Assembly: GCA_020630095.1 (NCBI GenBank)
Contig: JAHDCD010000005.1
Location: 81,358 to 145,357 of the forward strand
DNA: 64,000 bases
Reading direction: 5' to 3'
From: Rickettsiales bacterium
GTDB taxonomy: Bacteria; Pseudomonadota; Alphaproteobacteria; Rickettsiales; UBA8987
Both the position numbers and the translations under genes were made by a program. The notes below the pieces were generated by a model. That model saw nothing but the letters and a program-made list of their open reading frames with translations. It did not search any database and had not been told where the DNA came from. Each line of letters starts with the position of its first letter. The first letter of the stretch is position 1. Below are positions 45,076-55,062 of this stretch, one piece after another.

Positions 45076-47334
45076 TCACCTCAAATCAAATCTATCTGCA
45101 TCCATAACTTTCACCCAGGCGTTTATGAAGTCGTTCGTGAACTTCTCTTTTGAGTCATCCATGGCATAAACTTCAGCGATAGCTCTAAGCTCGGAGTTTG
45201 AGCCAAAGATTAAATCAACAGGAGTAGCAGTATATTTAACGTTGCCAGCTTTACGGTCAATGCCTTCATAGATTCCATCTCCAGATGACTTTTGCCATTT
45301 AGTAGACATATCAAGTAAGTTAACAAAGAAATCATTATTTAATGTTCCAACTTTATCAGTGAATATACCATGTTTAGAACCATAACTATTAGCGCCAAGT
45401 GAACGCATACCGCCAATAAGCACAGTCATTTCAGGAACTGTTAGACCAAGCTGATCTGCTTTATCAACTAGCATTTCTGTTGGAGAACGATAAGATTCAG
45501 ACTCGTCATAAAAATTTCTAAACGCATCAGCTGTTGGTTTAAGTAAGTTGAAAGAATCAATATCAGTTTTTTCTTGTGTGGCATCACCACGACCAGTTGA
45601 AACTTCAACTTCTACATCATCAAAGCCTGCATCTTCTGCAGCCTTTTCAATTGCTGCTGCACCACCAAGAATGATTAGATCAGCAAGTGATACATCATCT
45701 TTGCCATAATCATCTTGAATTTCTTTCAACTTAGTTAAAACCTTACCCAGCTCTTTAGGATTATTTGCTTCCCAAGATTTCATAGGCTCTAATGCAATTC
45801 TTGCGCCATTAGCACCACCTCGCATATCAGAATCACGATATGATGAGGCTGAAGCCCAAGCTGTTCTAACTAGTTCCTGCACAGTCAAGTTAGAATCTAA
45901 AATACGTTTCTTTAATTTACGAACCTGACTATCAAGCAATTCTTTACCTTCAGGAATAGGATCTTGCCAAATTAGCTCTTCAGAGGGTAGCTCTGAACCA
46001 TGATAATTGGCAACAGGCCCCATATCGCGATGAGTTAACTTATACCAAGCTTTGGCGAAGCTTAAGCGATATTCTTCAGGATTAGCCAAAAAGCGCTCAG
46101 CAATCTTCTTATATTCAGGGTCAGCCTTTAATGCTAAATCTGCTGTAGTCATCACAGGTGGGTTATACTTCCCCTCAATATGCGCATCTGGCACAGATTC
46201 ATGCATATCTTTATCAGTTGGTATCCATTGTTTAGCACCAGCTGGGCTTTGAGTTAATTCCCATTCATTGTTGAGTAAATTCTCTAGATATAGAGTTGTC
46301 CATTGCGTTGGAGCTTGTGTCCATGCACCTTCTAAACCCGAAGTCACAGTATCTTCAGAGTGACCTTTACCGCATTTATTCTTCCAACCTAAACCTTGCT
46401 CTTCAATTGATGCTCCACCAGGCTCAACACCAACACAATCAGATGGTTTATGCGCACCATGCATTTTGCCGAATGTGTGACCACCAGCAATTAGGGCAAC
46501 TGTCTCTTCATCATTCATTGCCATACGACCAAATGCTACACGGATATTTTTTGCAGATGCGGCAGAATCAGGCTTGCCCCTAGGACCTTCAGGATTAACA
46601 TAAATTAATCCCATATGCATTGCACCTAATGGTCGCTGTAGCTTACCATCTCTATCTTCACGGTCAGAAGCAAGCATCTCTAATTCAGGCCCCCAATATA
46701 CTAAATCTGGCTCCCAATCATCGGCTCTACCGCCGGCAAAACCGAATGTTTTAAAACCCATATTCTCCAATGAAACATTACCTGCAAGAATCATTAAGTC
46801 AGACCAAGATAGTCTTTTACCATATTTCTTTTTCAACGGCCAAAGTAAGCGCTTAGCTTTATCTAAATTGCCATTATCAGGCCAGCTATTTAAAGGATCA
46901 AAACGCATTTGACCGCCACCGCCACCGCCACGACCATCAAGCGTTCTATATGTTCCTGCACTATGCCAAGATAGGCGAATGAAGAATGGGCCGTAATTAC
47001 CAAAATCAGCAGGCCACCAATCTTGAGAGGTGGTAAGAATTTTATCTAAGTCTTTTTTTACAGCAGCCAAATCAAGTTTCTTAAATTCTTCAGCATAGTT
47101 AAAGTCTTTGCCATAAGGGTTTGAGCGTGAATCATGGTCACGAAGTGAAGATAAATCTAACTGATCAGGCCACCAAAAACTATTTGGCTTTGCTTGAAAT
47201 GCCTTAACCATCTTATTCATTTTAATCTTATCACTACCTACAGGGCATTCAGGCTCACTAATTTTTGCATTAGCTGAGCTCACTGATAATCCAGCTGTTA
47301 GCAGTGAAATAATAATTAAGCTTTTGATTCTCAT
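45076..47334 (-). CDS. katG: Catalase-peroxidase with N-terminal signal peptide (periplasmic type)
   Basis: 752 aa. [18 protein letters not shown] and GGHTFGK motifs. The N-terminus [23 protein letters not shown] is signal-like. Confidence 0.95.
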   Translation of the reverse strand: MRIKSLIIISLLTAGLSVSSANAKISEPECPVGSDKIKMNKMVKAFQAKPNSFWWPDQLDLSSLRDHDSRSNPYGKDFNYAEEFKKLDLAAVKKDLDKILTTSQDWWPADFGNYGPFFIRLSWHSAGTYRTLDGRGGGGGGQMRFDPLNSWPDNGNLDKAKRLLWPLKKKYGKRLSWSDLMILAGNVSLENMGFKTFGFAGGRADDWEPDLVYWGPELEMLASDREDRDGKLQRPLGAMHMGLIYVNPEGPRGKPDSAASAKNIRVAFGRMAMNDEETVALIAGGHTFGKMHGAHKPSDCVGVEPGGASIEEQGLGWKNKCGKGHSEDTVTSGLEGAWTQAPTQWTTLYLENLLNNEWELTQSPAGAKQWIPTDKDMHESVPDAHIEGKYNPPVMTTADLALKADPEYKKIAERFLANPEEYRLSFAKAWYKLTHRDMGPVANYHGSELPSEELIWQDPIPEGKELLDSQVRKLKKRILDSNLTVQELVRTAWASASSYRDSDMRGGANGARIALEPMKSWEANNPKELGKVLTKLKEIQDDYGKDDVSLADLIILGGAAAIEKAAEDAGFDDVEVEVSTGRGDATQEKTDIDSFNLLKPTADAFRNFYDESESYRSPTEMLVDKADQLGLTVPEMTVLIGGMRSLGANSYGSKHGIFTDKVGTLNNDFFVNLLDMSTKWQKSSGDGIYEGIDRKAGNVKYTATPVDLIFGSNSELRAIAEVYAMDDSKEKFTNDFINAWVKVMDADRFDLR

Positions 47335-47393
47335 AATTTTATATTAGTTATAAATTTAGATTAATTTCTTATTTTCATAAAAACTACTGTTTT

Positions 47394-48296
47394 TTAACCA
47401 GTATTGCGTTTCTTATATGGCTTTGCATGTTTAGCTAAATGGTCAATCATCATTCCAGCAACGTCTTTACCAGTGGCCTTTTCAATGCCCTCTAAGCCAG
47501 GGGAAGAATTTACCTCTAATACTAATGAGCCATGTTTAGAGCGGAGTAAGTCAACACCTGCAACATCAAGGCTTAATGCTTTAGCCGCACGGACAGACAT
47601 AGAACGTTCTTCTGGTGTAATTTTAACCTGATTAACTTCTGCACCTAAATGGTAGTTAGCTCTAAACTCGCCTTCTTTAGCCACACGCTCCATGCTAGCC
47701 ACCACCTTATCGCCTACAACAAAGCAACGAATATCACGTCCTGCCGATTCCTTAATATATTCCTGCGTCATAATATTTGCGTTCATCTGCTTAAACGCCC
47801 CCATTACAGAACTTGCCGCAGAATGAGTTTCAGCAAGAACCACGCCCACACCTTCTGTGCCTTCTACTAACTTAATAATTAACGGAGCTCCACCAACTGA
47901 TTCAATTACAGCCTCACTATCTAATGGAGAGTGGGCAAAGCCAGTTGAAGGCATTGGAATACCATGCTTTGCTAATATTTGTAATGAGCGTAATTTATCC
48001 CTAGCTCTTGCAACGGATAATGAATTATTAAGAGGGTAGACACCTGACATCTCAAACTGTCTTAAAATAGCTGTTCCGAAGAACATGATAGAAGGTTCTA
48101 TACGAGGGATAACCGCATCTATGCCAGTTACTTCTTCACCACCTCTATAGAATACTTTTGGACTATTATGAGAAACATTTAGGTAACATTCCGTTAAATT
48201 TAATATCCTTAGTTCATGGCCTCGCTCTTCTGCGGCCTGCTTAAACCTTTCATGTGAATATAATCCCTGTTCGGATACTAAAACGGCTATCTTCAT
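47394..48296 (-). CDS. rimK: RimK-family alpha-L-glutamate ligase (ATP-grasp)
   Basis: 300 aa with the ATP-grasp pattern, the SSRGL-type loop region and EVNSSPGLEGIE. Confidence 0.88.
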   Translation of the reverse strand: MKIAVLVSEQGLYSHERFKQAAEERGHELRILNLTECYLNVSHNSPKVFYRGGEEVTGIDAVIPRIEPSIMFFGTAILRQFEMSGVYPLNNSLSVARARDKLRSLQILAKHGIPMPSTGFAHSPLDSEAVIESVGGAPLIIKLVEGTEGVGVVLAETHSAASSVMGAFKQMNANIMTQEYIKESAGRDIRCFVVGDKVVASMERVAKEGEFRANYHLGAEVNQVKITPEERSMSVRAAKALSLDVAGVDLLRSKHGSLVLEVNSSPGLEGIEKATGKDVAGMMIDHLAKHAKPYKKRNTG

Positions 48297-48380
48297 TTAT
48301 GTTTACCTTAAAAATTGTTTTATATATAACTCTTGGGTTGAATTAATATTGGTTAGTTCTGCAATCTTATATGACCGAAA

Positions 48381-49202
48381 ATGCAAAATACTAGAAGAAA
48401 AATAGCTATTACAAATGACACAACAATTATGCGATGCAGATTGCTTGTTAAGCTTATTGAGATGGCAGGTGCAGAGCCAGTTTTGATGGATATTAAAACT
48501 AATGGTAAATCTATTGAACAGCACTTAAAAGACATAAGAGCCTCACTTAAAGAATGTTCAGCTATTATTTTACCTGGAAATAAATATGATGTTCATCCGA
48601 AGAATTACAATGAGTCATTTATTCATGATGAAACAGAGCAGAGATTAGACCATAAAAATGGTGATACTCGTTTTGAGATTGAGAAGCTGATGCTTGAATA
48701 TGCAATGCAGAACCAACTGCCAATTCTTGGTATTTGCGGAGGCTTTCAAACAGCTAATGTGGTTCTAGGGGGTAAATTAACGCAACATATCCCTGATATA
48801 GTTAATCATAGGCTTCATAGAGATAATAATATCTCTGACTTAACTAAAGAAGATAATGCTGAATTTGAGCGTAACTTTGAAGGTTTTATTACTAATGGCA
48901 AAGGTAAGCAAATATTCGGTGCTAGCCATGATTTTAAAGTAAAGCCTAATAATATTATCGCTGATTTATATGATAATAAAAACCTTGGTAGTATAGGTGA
49001 GTTAAATCTTCATCATCAAGGAATGTTTGAATCTGATTTATCTGATAGGCTTGAAGCTGTTGGAATTTCAGATGATGGAGTTATTGAAGCGGCTGTAATC
49101 AAAGATTATCCATATGGAATCTTCTTCCAACCTCATATTGAATGTAATGTTAATGGAATTGCATTCAAAGCTGTTAGCTCGCTATTAAGTTCAAACAGAT
49201 AA
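48381..49202 (+). CDS. Class I glutamine amidotransferase-like gamma-glutamyl hydrolase (peptidase C26 / PuuD-like)
   Basis: Nucleophile elbow GICGGFQ, and downstream HHQ and QPH segments. Confidence 0.7.
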   Translation: MQNTRRKIAITNDTTIMRCRLLVKLIEMAGAEPVLMDIKTNGKSIEQHLKDIRASLKECSAIILPGNKYDVHPKNYNESFIHDETEQRLDHKNGDTRFEIEKLMLEYAMQNQLPILGICGGFQTANVVLGGKLTQHIPDIVNHRLHRDNNISDLTKEDNAEFERNFEGFITNGKGKQIFGASHDFKVKPNNIIADLYDNKNLGSIGELNLHHQGMFESDLSDRLEAVGISDDGVIEAAVIKDYPYGIFFQPHIECNVNGIAFKAVSSLLSSNR

Positions 49203-49241
49203 TACCCACCTCCCTCACTCTATCTTTTTCTGATTAGCCAG

Positions 49242-50330
49242 CTAGGCAGTTAGGAAATAGCGAGTTGCTTTTAGCTCTCCTTTTCTAATCATTATATTTT
49301 TAGACACTAAATCGTTCAAATCTCTGTTTGCTGTAGCAGGTGAGGTATTGGTAATTTTAATATACTTCTTAACGCTAACGCCATTTTCAAAGCCATTCAT
49401 ACCCGCTTTAAAAATAAGATTCAGCATCTTAACCTGCCTATCATTTAGGGTATCTTTATGCTTATTAAATATTTTTGCTTTCTTAAGTATAAACTCAATT
49501 GATGCGATAGAATTTTGCTGAGCCGCAATTACCATTTTACAAAAATATTCTAACCAATTTTGAATATCATTTGTTTTGTTCGCTTGTTCTAGTGACTCAT
49601 AATAGGCCTTTTTGTTGCTAAGGATTGTTTTTGAAACGGCAATCAGTGTGGGTTTGCCTAAAGATTTAGCCAAAGATTTCTCAATTAAAGCCCTGCCAAT
49701 TCTGCCATTACCATCTTCAAATGGGTGAATAAGCTCAAAATATAAATGGGCAATACCAGCGTGAATAATTGAATGCTCATTAGAGCTGTTGAAAAACTCA
49801 ATAAACTTAGACATCTCAGCTTGCATATTCTTCGATGGCGGCGCTTCATAATGCACTTTTGGCTTATCTATCCTGCCGGATATTATCTGCATCGGCTCAT
49901 CATGAAATCTATACTCGCCAATTGCATCAAGATCAGTCCTGCCATTCATAAGCATTTTATGCCATGAATATAATGTATTATGGCTTAGCGGTTGCTGAAA
50001 ATTATTATATAAATCCACCATCATCTGAGCGATTCCATTCTCTCGTGGGTAATTTTTAGAAATATTCGCCTTCAGGCCAAGATAACGCTTTATCGAAGAT
50101 TGCAAACTATCCCTATCTAATATCTCCCCCTCAATTTCAGATGTTGTAATAGCCTCATCAGATAAAAAGCCTATTTTTATATCTTCTTTTTCTTCATCGG
50201 ATAATGATTTGAGTACGCCAATAGATATTCCTGAAATATGGGCAAACTCATTGCAGTAGCCCTCAAGAGATTTCTTATCATAAGAAAACTTTCCCCAATC
50301 TGGTTTTTGCCACGCATATTTTTGAGTCAT
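49242..50330 (-). CDS. Fic family protein (class II, internal inhibitory helix) with C-terminal wHTH-like tail
   Basis: Active-site motif HPFEDGNGRIGR. The upstream TSEIEG fits the (S/T)xxxE(G/N) inhibitory motif. The ATG at 50330 gives MTQKYAW. Confidence 0.88.
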   Translation of the reverse strand: MTQKYAWQKPDWGKFSYDKKSLEGYCNEFAHISGISIGVLKSLSDEEKEDIKIGFLSDEAITTSEIEGEILDRDSLQSSIKRYLGLKANISKNYPRENGIAQMMVDLYNNFQQPLSHNTLYSWHKMLMNGRTDLDAIGEYRFHDEPMQIISGRIDKPKVHYEAPPSKNMQAEMSKFIEFFNSSNEHSIIHAGIAHLYFELIHPFEDGNGRIGRALIEKSLAKSLGKPTLIAVSKTILSNKKAYYESLEQANKTNDIQNWLEYFCKMVIAAQQNSIASIEFILKKAKIFNKHKDTLNDRQVKMLNLIFKAGMNGFENGVSVKKYIKITNTSPATANRDLNDLVSKNIMIRKGELKATRYFLTA

Positions 50331-50346
50331 GATAGATAAATATAAC

Positions 50347-50385
50347 ACTTATCTATCAAAAAGTAAAGGGATATGATAGATAAGT
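50347..50385. promoter_or_regulatory. 12-bp perfect inverted repeat immediately upstream of fic (candidate operator)
   Basis: ACTTATCTATCA-N15-TGATAGATAAGT. A third GATAGATAA copy lies at 50331-50339. Confidence 0.3.
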
Positions 50386-50737
50386 ACAAAGCTTATCCAT
50401 CATGAATATATTTTTAAGCCCTTCCGAGTAAATATTCATCTAATATGGTAGAAGCGGCACTACTTCTAAAAATTCTCTATTAATCAACGATCTAAACTTA
50501 CTGTAAAAACCTTCAATTTGCAGATAGCTTTCTATTGCCATTTTAGAAGCTAGAAACACTAAAATTCCCATTAAATTTGCTATATTTCCCTATAGATTTT
50601 CCAATTAGACAAAATAGAGGCTTAAGAATTAAGTTAATATTTTCGTTGTTTTTGGAATTAATTTAGTTAATAGATGCTACTAGTTCAGTAGAGTAGCATC
50701 TACTGCACCATTCTTTGAAAATTACACATTATTTATT

Positions 50738-51997
50738 ATGTCTATTATATCTGATATTCACGCTAGAGAAATTATTGATTCACGAGGTAACCCAACTATT
50801 GAAGTTGAAGTGGCACTAGAAGATGGCTCGTTTGGTAGAGCTGCAGTTCCTTCGGGGGCATCTACTGGTTCGTTAGAAGCGCTTGAGCTTCGCGATGGTG
50901 ACAAGGCACGCTTTGGTGGTAAAGGTGTTGAGAATGCCGTTGATAATGTAAATGGCGAGATTGCTAGCGAGTTAATCGGTTTTGATGCTACAGAGCAGCG
51001 TGTTATTGATAATGTTTTAATTGAACTTGATGGTACAGAAAATAAAGCCCGTTTAGGTGCAAATGCTATTTTAGGTGTATCTTTAGCATGTGCTAAGGCG
51101 GCGGCTGAGTATCATGGTCAGGCATTGTTTGAATATATTGGGGGTAAGAATGCGAATATTTTACCAGTGCCAATGATGAATATTATTAATGGTGGCGAGC
51201 ATGCTAATAATGCTATCGATATTCAAGAATTTATGATTATGCCGTTAGGTGCGCCAACTATGTTGGATGCGGTGCGTTGTGGTTCTGAAATTTTCCAAAA
51301 ATTAAAGGCTAACTTAGCTAAGGATGGATTTTCTACAGCGGTAGGCGATGAGGGTGGCTTTGCACCAGATTTTGGCTCTACTACGCAAGCGTTAGATTAT
51401 ATTATGAAATCTATTGAAGATGCTGGTTATAAAGCAGGTGATGAAGTTGCTTTGGCATTAGATTCCGCTGCTACTGAGTTTTACAAAGATGGTAAGTATC
51501 ACTTAAAAGGTGAAGATAAAGTTTTAACTTCAGATGAAATGATTAGCTATTACGAGGAGCTTGTTGATAAGTATCCGATAGTTTCAATTGAAGATGGTTT
51601 AGATGAAAAAGATTATGCAGGTTGGGAAGAGTTAACTAAGCGCATAGGTGCTAAAGTTCAGCTTGTAGGTGATGATTTATTTGTAACTAATCCGGCAATT
51701 TTAGCTGAAGGTATTGAGAATGAGCGTGCTAATGCTTTATTAGTTAAGTTTAACCAAATTGGCACATTATCTGAAACTTTGGACGCTATTAATATGGCGC
51801 ATGGTGCGGGTTATAATTGCGTATTATCGCATCGTTCAGGTGAAACTGAAGATACAACTATTGCTCATTTAGCGGTTGCTACAAATTGTGGCCAAATTAA
51901 AACTGGTTCGCTTTGTAGGTCTGATAGAACTGCAAAATATAACGAATTAATACGTATTGAAGAGCATTTAGGCGAAGCCGGTGTTTACGGCGTTTAG
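50738..51997 (+). CDS. eno: Enolase
   Basis: Full-length match: [26 protein letters not shown] and the IKTGS..RSDR region. Confidence 0.97.
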   Translation: MSIISDIHAREIIDSRGNPTIEVEVALEDGSFGRAAVPSGASTGSLEALELRDGDKARFGGKGVENAVDNVNGEIASELIGFDATEQRVIDNVLIELDGTENKARLGANAILGVSLACAKAAAEYHGQALFEYIGGKNANILPVPMMNIINGGEHANNAIDIQEFMIMPLGAPTMLDAVRCGSEIFQKLKANLAKDGFSTAVGDEGGFAPDFGSTTQALDYIMKSIEDAGYKAGDEVALALDSAATEFYKDGKYHLKGEDKVLTSDEMISYYEELVDKYPIVSIEDGLDEKDYAGWEELTKRIGAKVQLVGDDLFVTNPAILAEGIENERANALLVKFNQIGTLSETLDAINMAHGAGYNCVLSHRSGETEDTTIAHLAVATNCGQIKTGSLCRSDRTAKYNELIRIEEHLGEAGVYGV

Positions 51998-52041
51998 ATA
52001 AATTAATTTATCTTGAAAGTTTCTTCAATATAGTTCTTTCT

Positions 52042-52114
52042 AATTTACAAGACAATTGTCTTGTAAATTAGGTACGCTCGCTTCGCGGCGGCAAGTAAGC
52101 TAAAGCTTACTTGC
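52042..52114. repeat. Bipartite-hairpin intergenic element, copy 4
   Basis: AATTTACAAGACA/TGTCTTGTAAATT hairpin, then CGCTCGCTTCGCGG core, then GCAAGTAAGCT/AGCTTACTTGC hairpin. Confidence 0.7.
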
Positions 52115-52184
52115 ATAGTAAATCCAAATTTAAATGCTACCGCGTTGTAAATTAGAATTTACTACATACAACAATAACAATATT

Positions 52185-52775
52185 ATGACTATTACATTAC
52201 CTCCATTACCTTACGCAGATAACGCGCTAGAGCCTCACATTTCAGCAGAAACAATTAGTTTTCACTATGGCAAGCATCACAATGCTTACGTGGTTAACTT
52301 AAATAAGTTAATTGAAGGTACTGCGGATGAAGGTAAGAGTTTAGAGGATATTGTTAAGTCGTCTACTGGTGGTGTGTTTAATAATGCTGCACAAGTTTGG
52401 AACCATACTTTTTATTGGAATTCTATGGCACCTAATGGTGGCGGTGCGCCAAGTGGTGCAATTGCAGATAAGATTAATGCGGATTTCGGTTCTTTCGAGA
52501 AGTTTGCTGAAGAGTTTAAAGCTGCGGGTGCGACTCAGTTTGGTTCTGGTTGGGCATGGCTTGTTGTTAATGCTGATGGCAAATTAGAAATTCGTAAAAC
52601 ACCTAACGCGGAAACGCCATTAACAGAAGCAGGTGTTACGCCAATTATCACTATGGATGTTTGGGAGCATGCTTACTATTTAGACTATCAAAATAAGCGC
52701 CCTGAATATATGGGTGTATTCCTTGATAAATTAGTTAACTGGGATTTCGCTAATGAGAATTTAGCTAAGGCTTAA
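52185..52775 (+). CDS. sodB: Fe/Mn superoxide dismutase
   Basis: The ATG at 52185 gives MTITLPPLPYADNALEPHIS. Also FNNAAQVWNHTFYW and DVWEHAYYLDYQN. Confidence 0.93.
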   Translation: MTITLPPLPYADNALEPHISAETISFHYGKHHNAYVVNLNKLIEGTADEGKSLEDIVKSSTGGVFNNAAQVWNHTFYWNSMAPNGGGAPSGAIADKINADFGSFEKFAEEFKAAGATQFGSGWAWLVVNADGKLEIRKTPNAETPLTEAGVTPIITMDVWEHAYYLDYQNKRPEYMGVFLDKLVNWDFANENLAKA

Positions 52776-52782
52776 CTAGCCG

Positions 52783-52890
52783 CGTCATTGCGAGGAGCGT
52801 AATGAAATGAAGCGACGAAGCAATCCAGAAACCTATTTGCTTGGCAAGATCACTGGATTGCTTCGCTCCTTTCAGTCGCTCGCAATGACG
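52783..52890. repeat. Palindromic element family B, copy 1 (108 bp)
   Basis: CGTCATTGCGAGGAGCG...GAAGCAATCCAG ... CTGGATTGCTTCGCTCC...CTCGCAATGACG. It resembles Rickettsia-type palindromic elements. Confidence 0.85.
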
Positions 52891-53673
52891 GTTATTATTT
52901 TATTTCCTGTAAACGCGTATTCTGCAGCATGGCTTATAGATAAAGGTAAGAGCCAGAATGTTTATTCATTATCTTTCTATTCATCGGATCATTTTTATGA
53001 CCAACAAGGTAATAGGATAAATATTGCCGACAGATACGATAAGCGATCATTTTCAAACCTATATGAATATGGCTTAACAGATGGTTTAACTGTTGGGTTT
53101 AATTATAATTTTGATTGGGCAAGTCAAGGTACAGAGGAGGAGCTAGGATATAGCGGTTCAGAATTTTTTTTAAGATCATATCTATATGAGGGTGAGGCTG
53201 GAGTTTTATCTGTACAGCCATTGATAAAATTGCCAGCGTTTGAGGCGCCTAATATTAATTTGCCATTATCTAATAATGAAATTGAAGCAGAAATACGTTT
53301 GCTTTACGGCAAGGGTTATAAGCATGATGGGGTGAATAATTTTATCAATGCGGAAGTGGCATATAGGCGTGCGATATATGATCATATTGATGGAGTTAAG
53401 AATAAGAGCGAACTTATATTGGATTTATCAGCGGGTTTTAGGGCGAATAAGAATCGTATGGTTTTAGCGCAAGTTTTTAGTAAATATTCACTATCGGATT
53501 TTGATAATTTATCTTTATTCCAGAGTAATAACCATCATGTGAAGGCGCAATTAAGTTATGTGTTTAAGGTAACGCGCAATAACTCAATTCAAATAGGTGG
53601 CTATGCAGATATTTACGCGCGTAATACAGGTAAGGGAAAAGGTTTTTTTGTTAGTTTATGGAGAGAATTTTAA
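52885..53673 (+). CDS. Outer-membrane beta-barrel-like protein of unknown function
   Basis: The signal-like MTVIILFPVNAYSA starts at the ATG within the element terminus (alternative ATG at 52807, inside the element). Alternating hydrophobic strands and a C-terminal ...SLWREF. Confidence 0.55.
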   Translation: MTVIILFPVNAYSAAWLIDKGKSQNVYSLSFYSSDHFYDQQGNRINIADRYDKRSFSNLYEYGLTDGLTVGFNYNFDWASQGTEEELGYSGSEFFLRSYLYEGEAGVLSVQPLIKLPAFEAPNINLPLSNNEIEAEIRLLYGKGYKHDGVNNFINAEVAYRRAIYDHIDGVKNKSELILDLSAGFRANKNRMVLAQVFSKYSLSDFDNLSLFQSNNHHVKAQLSYVFKVTRNNSIQIGGYADIYARNTGKGKGFFVSLWREF

Positions 53674-53682
53674 GTTAGAAGG

Positions 53683-55062
53683 ATGGAAGGATTGAAGGAA
53701 AGAAGGATGGAGAGGGTTATTTTAGCCTCTGAGGCTTTGGTGGATATTGATCCTAAGCTTTCGGCTAAAGGGGCAATTAAGAATCCAATAAGATTTATTT
53801 TATCATTTTTGTTATTATTAGCATTGCTAACTATTTTTGTGCCGGAAGGGTTATTTTTAAGTTTAGTTATAATATTCAACTTTTTCTTCCTTGCTAATTT
53901 TTTGCTTAAATTTGTTATTTTTATATTCTCAGCTTTCTTAAATAAGGCATCTGAAATTATGGATGTAGCAGATGATGAATTGCCGATATATACAATTCTC
54001 GTGCCGTTATATAAGGAGAATCAGAAAACTGTGAATCAGGCAATTAAGGCCTTGGAAGATATAGATTACCCAGCGGATAAGAAAGATATTAAGCTGATTC
54101 TAGAAGAATCAGATAATGAAACTGTTAAACATATTCCAAGTAATTTAAGCCAAGAGTTTAATGTGGTGATAGTGCCGGACTCTCAGCCGCGTACGAAGCC
54201 AAAAGCTTGTAATTATGCTTTGCAGGAAGCGCATGGTGAGTATGTTTGTATTTATGATGCGGAGGATATTCCTGATAAGAATCAGTTAAAGATAGCATTA
54301 GCGGCGCATAAAAAGAGCAATATAGTTCAGGGGCAATTAACTTATTATAATTGGCAGAAGAACTGGCTTACGAAGCTGTTCTATATTGAATATGAGTGTT
54401 TGTTTAAATATTACCTGCCTGCGCTTGAATATTTTAGGCTTCCTATTCCTCTTGGTGGAACGTCTAACCATTTTAAGGTTGCAGAGCTTAATGAACTTGG
54501 CGGGTGGGACGCCTATAATGTTACGGAAGATGCTGACTTAGGCATTCGTTATTATAGGGCGAGTAAGAATGTTTCGGTTATTAATTCCGAAACGCGTGAG
54601 GAAGCACCAGCGCGCTTAAAGAGTTGGATGTATCAGCGAAGTAGATGGATAAAGGGTTTTATACAGACTTTAATAGTGCATTTACGTGAGCCGTTCAAAA
54701 TGATGCGAGAGCTTGGCTTTGGTAAGTTTTTTGGTTTTCTTTTCTTTATGGGTGCGCCTACGCTTACATTTTTAATTATGCCGCTTGCATTGGTGCTATC
54801 CGTTATGGTGTTGGCAGGTTATGTTGTATTGCCTAATTCGTTGGAGTGGCTAACGGCGATTAACTTATTTGGTGGTTTTATATTCCACGTTGTAATTGGA
54901 ATTATTGTTGCGGTGCGCTCTGGTAAAATGAGCTTATTGCCGTACTCAATTTTATATCCGTTTTATTGGTTGCTGCACCCTATAGCGGCGATGATTTCAT
55001 TATATGAGATTTTCTTTAGGCCGTATTACTGGCACAAAACCAGCCATGGTGAGGAGGGCTAA
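53683..55062 (+). CDS. Membrane-embedded family 2 glycosyltransferase (processive type)
   Basis: IYDAEDIPD (D-x-D region), QRSRWIKG (QxxRW), and multiple N- and C-terminal TM segments. Confidence 0.8.
   Translation: MEGLKERRMERVILASEALVDIDPKLSAKGAIKNPIRFILSFLLLLALLTIFVPEGLFLSLVIIFNFFFLANFLLKFVIFIFSAFLNKASEIMDVADDELPIYTILVPLYKENQKTVNQAIKALEDIDYPADKKDIKLILEESDNETVKHIPSNLSQEFNVVIVPDSQPRTKPKACNYALQEAHGEYVCIYDAEDIPDKNQLKIALAAHKKSNIVQGQLTYYNWQKNWLTKLFYIEYECLFKYYLPALEYFRLPIPLGGTSNHFKVAELNELGGWDAYNVTEDADLGIRYYRASKNVSVINSETREEAPARLKSWMYQRSRWIKGFIQTLIVHLREPFKMMRELGFGKFFGFLFFMGAPTLTFLIMPLALVLSVMVLAGYVVLPNSLEWLTAINLFGGFIFHVVIGIIVAVRSGKMSLLPYSILYPFYWLLHPIAAMISLYEIFFRPYYWHKTSHGEEG

Noticed and set aside
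48303-48535. Two minus-strand ORFs (73 and 60 aa) in and around the rimK / hydrolase intergenic region.
   Set aside because: They overlap the 5' end of the plus-strand hydrolase gene and the divergent promoter region. They are Cys/Ile-rich with no motifs, so they are likely spurious.
50704-50712. A 9-nt match (TGCACCATT) to the 3' end of tRNA-Arg, considered as a possible distal att repeat marking the island end before eno.
   Set aside because: A 9-mer match is expected by chance in 64 kb. Serine recombinases also do not generate long direct repeats, so it carries no weight.
53670-53879. A 69-aa minus-strand ORF overlapping the start of the GT2 gene.
   Set aside because: It is a shadow ORF in an AT-rich region. 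The plus-strand glycosyltransferase has strong family motifs.
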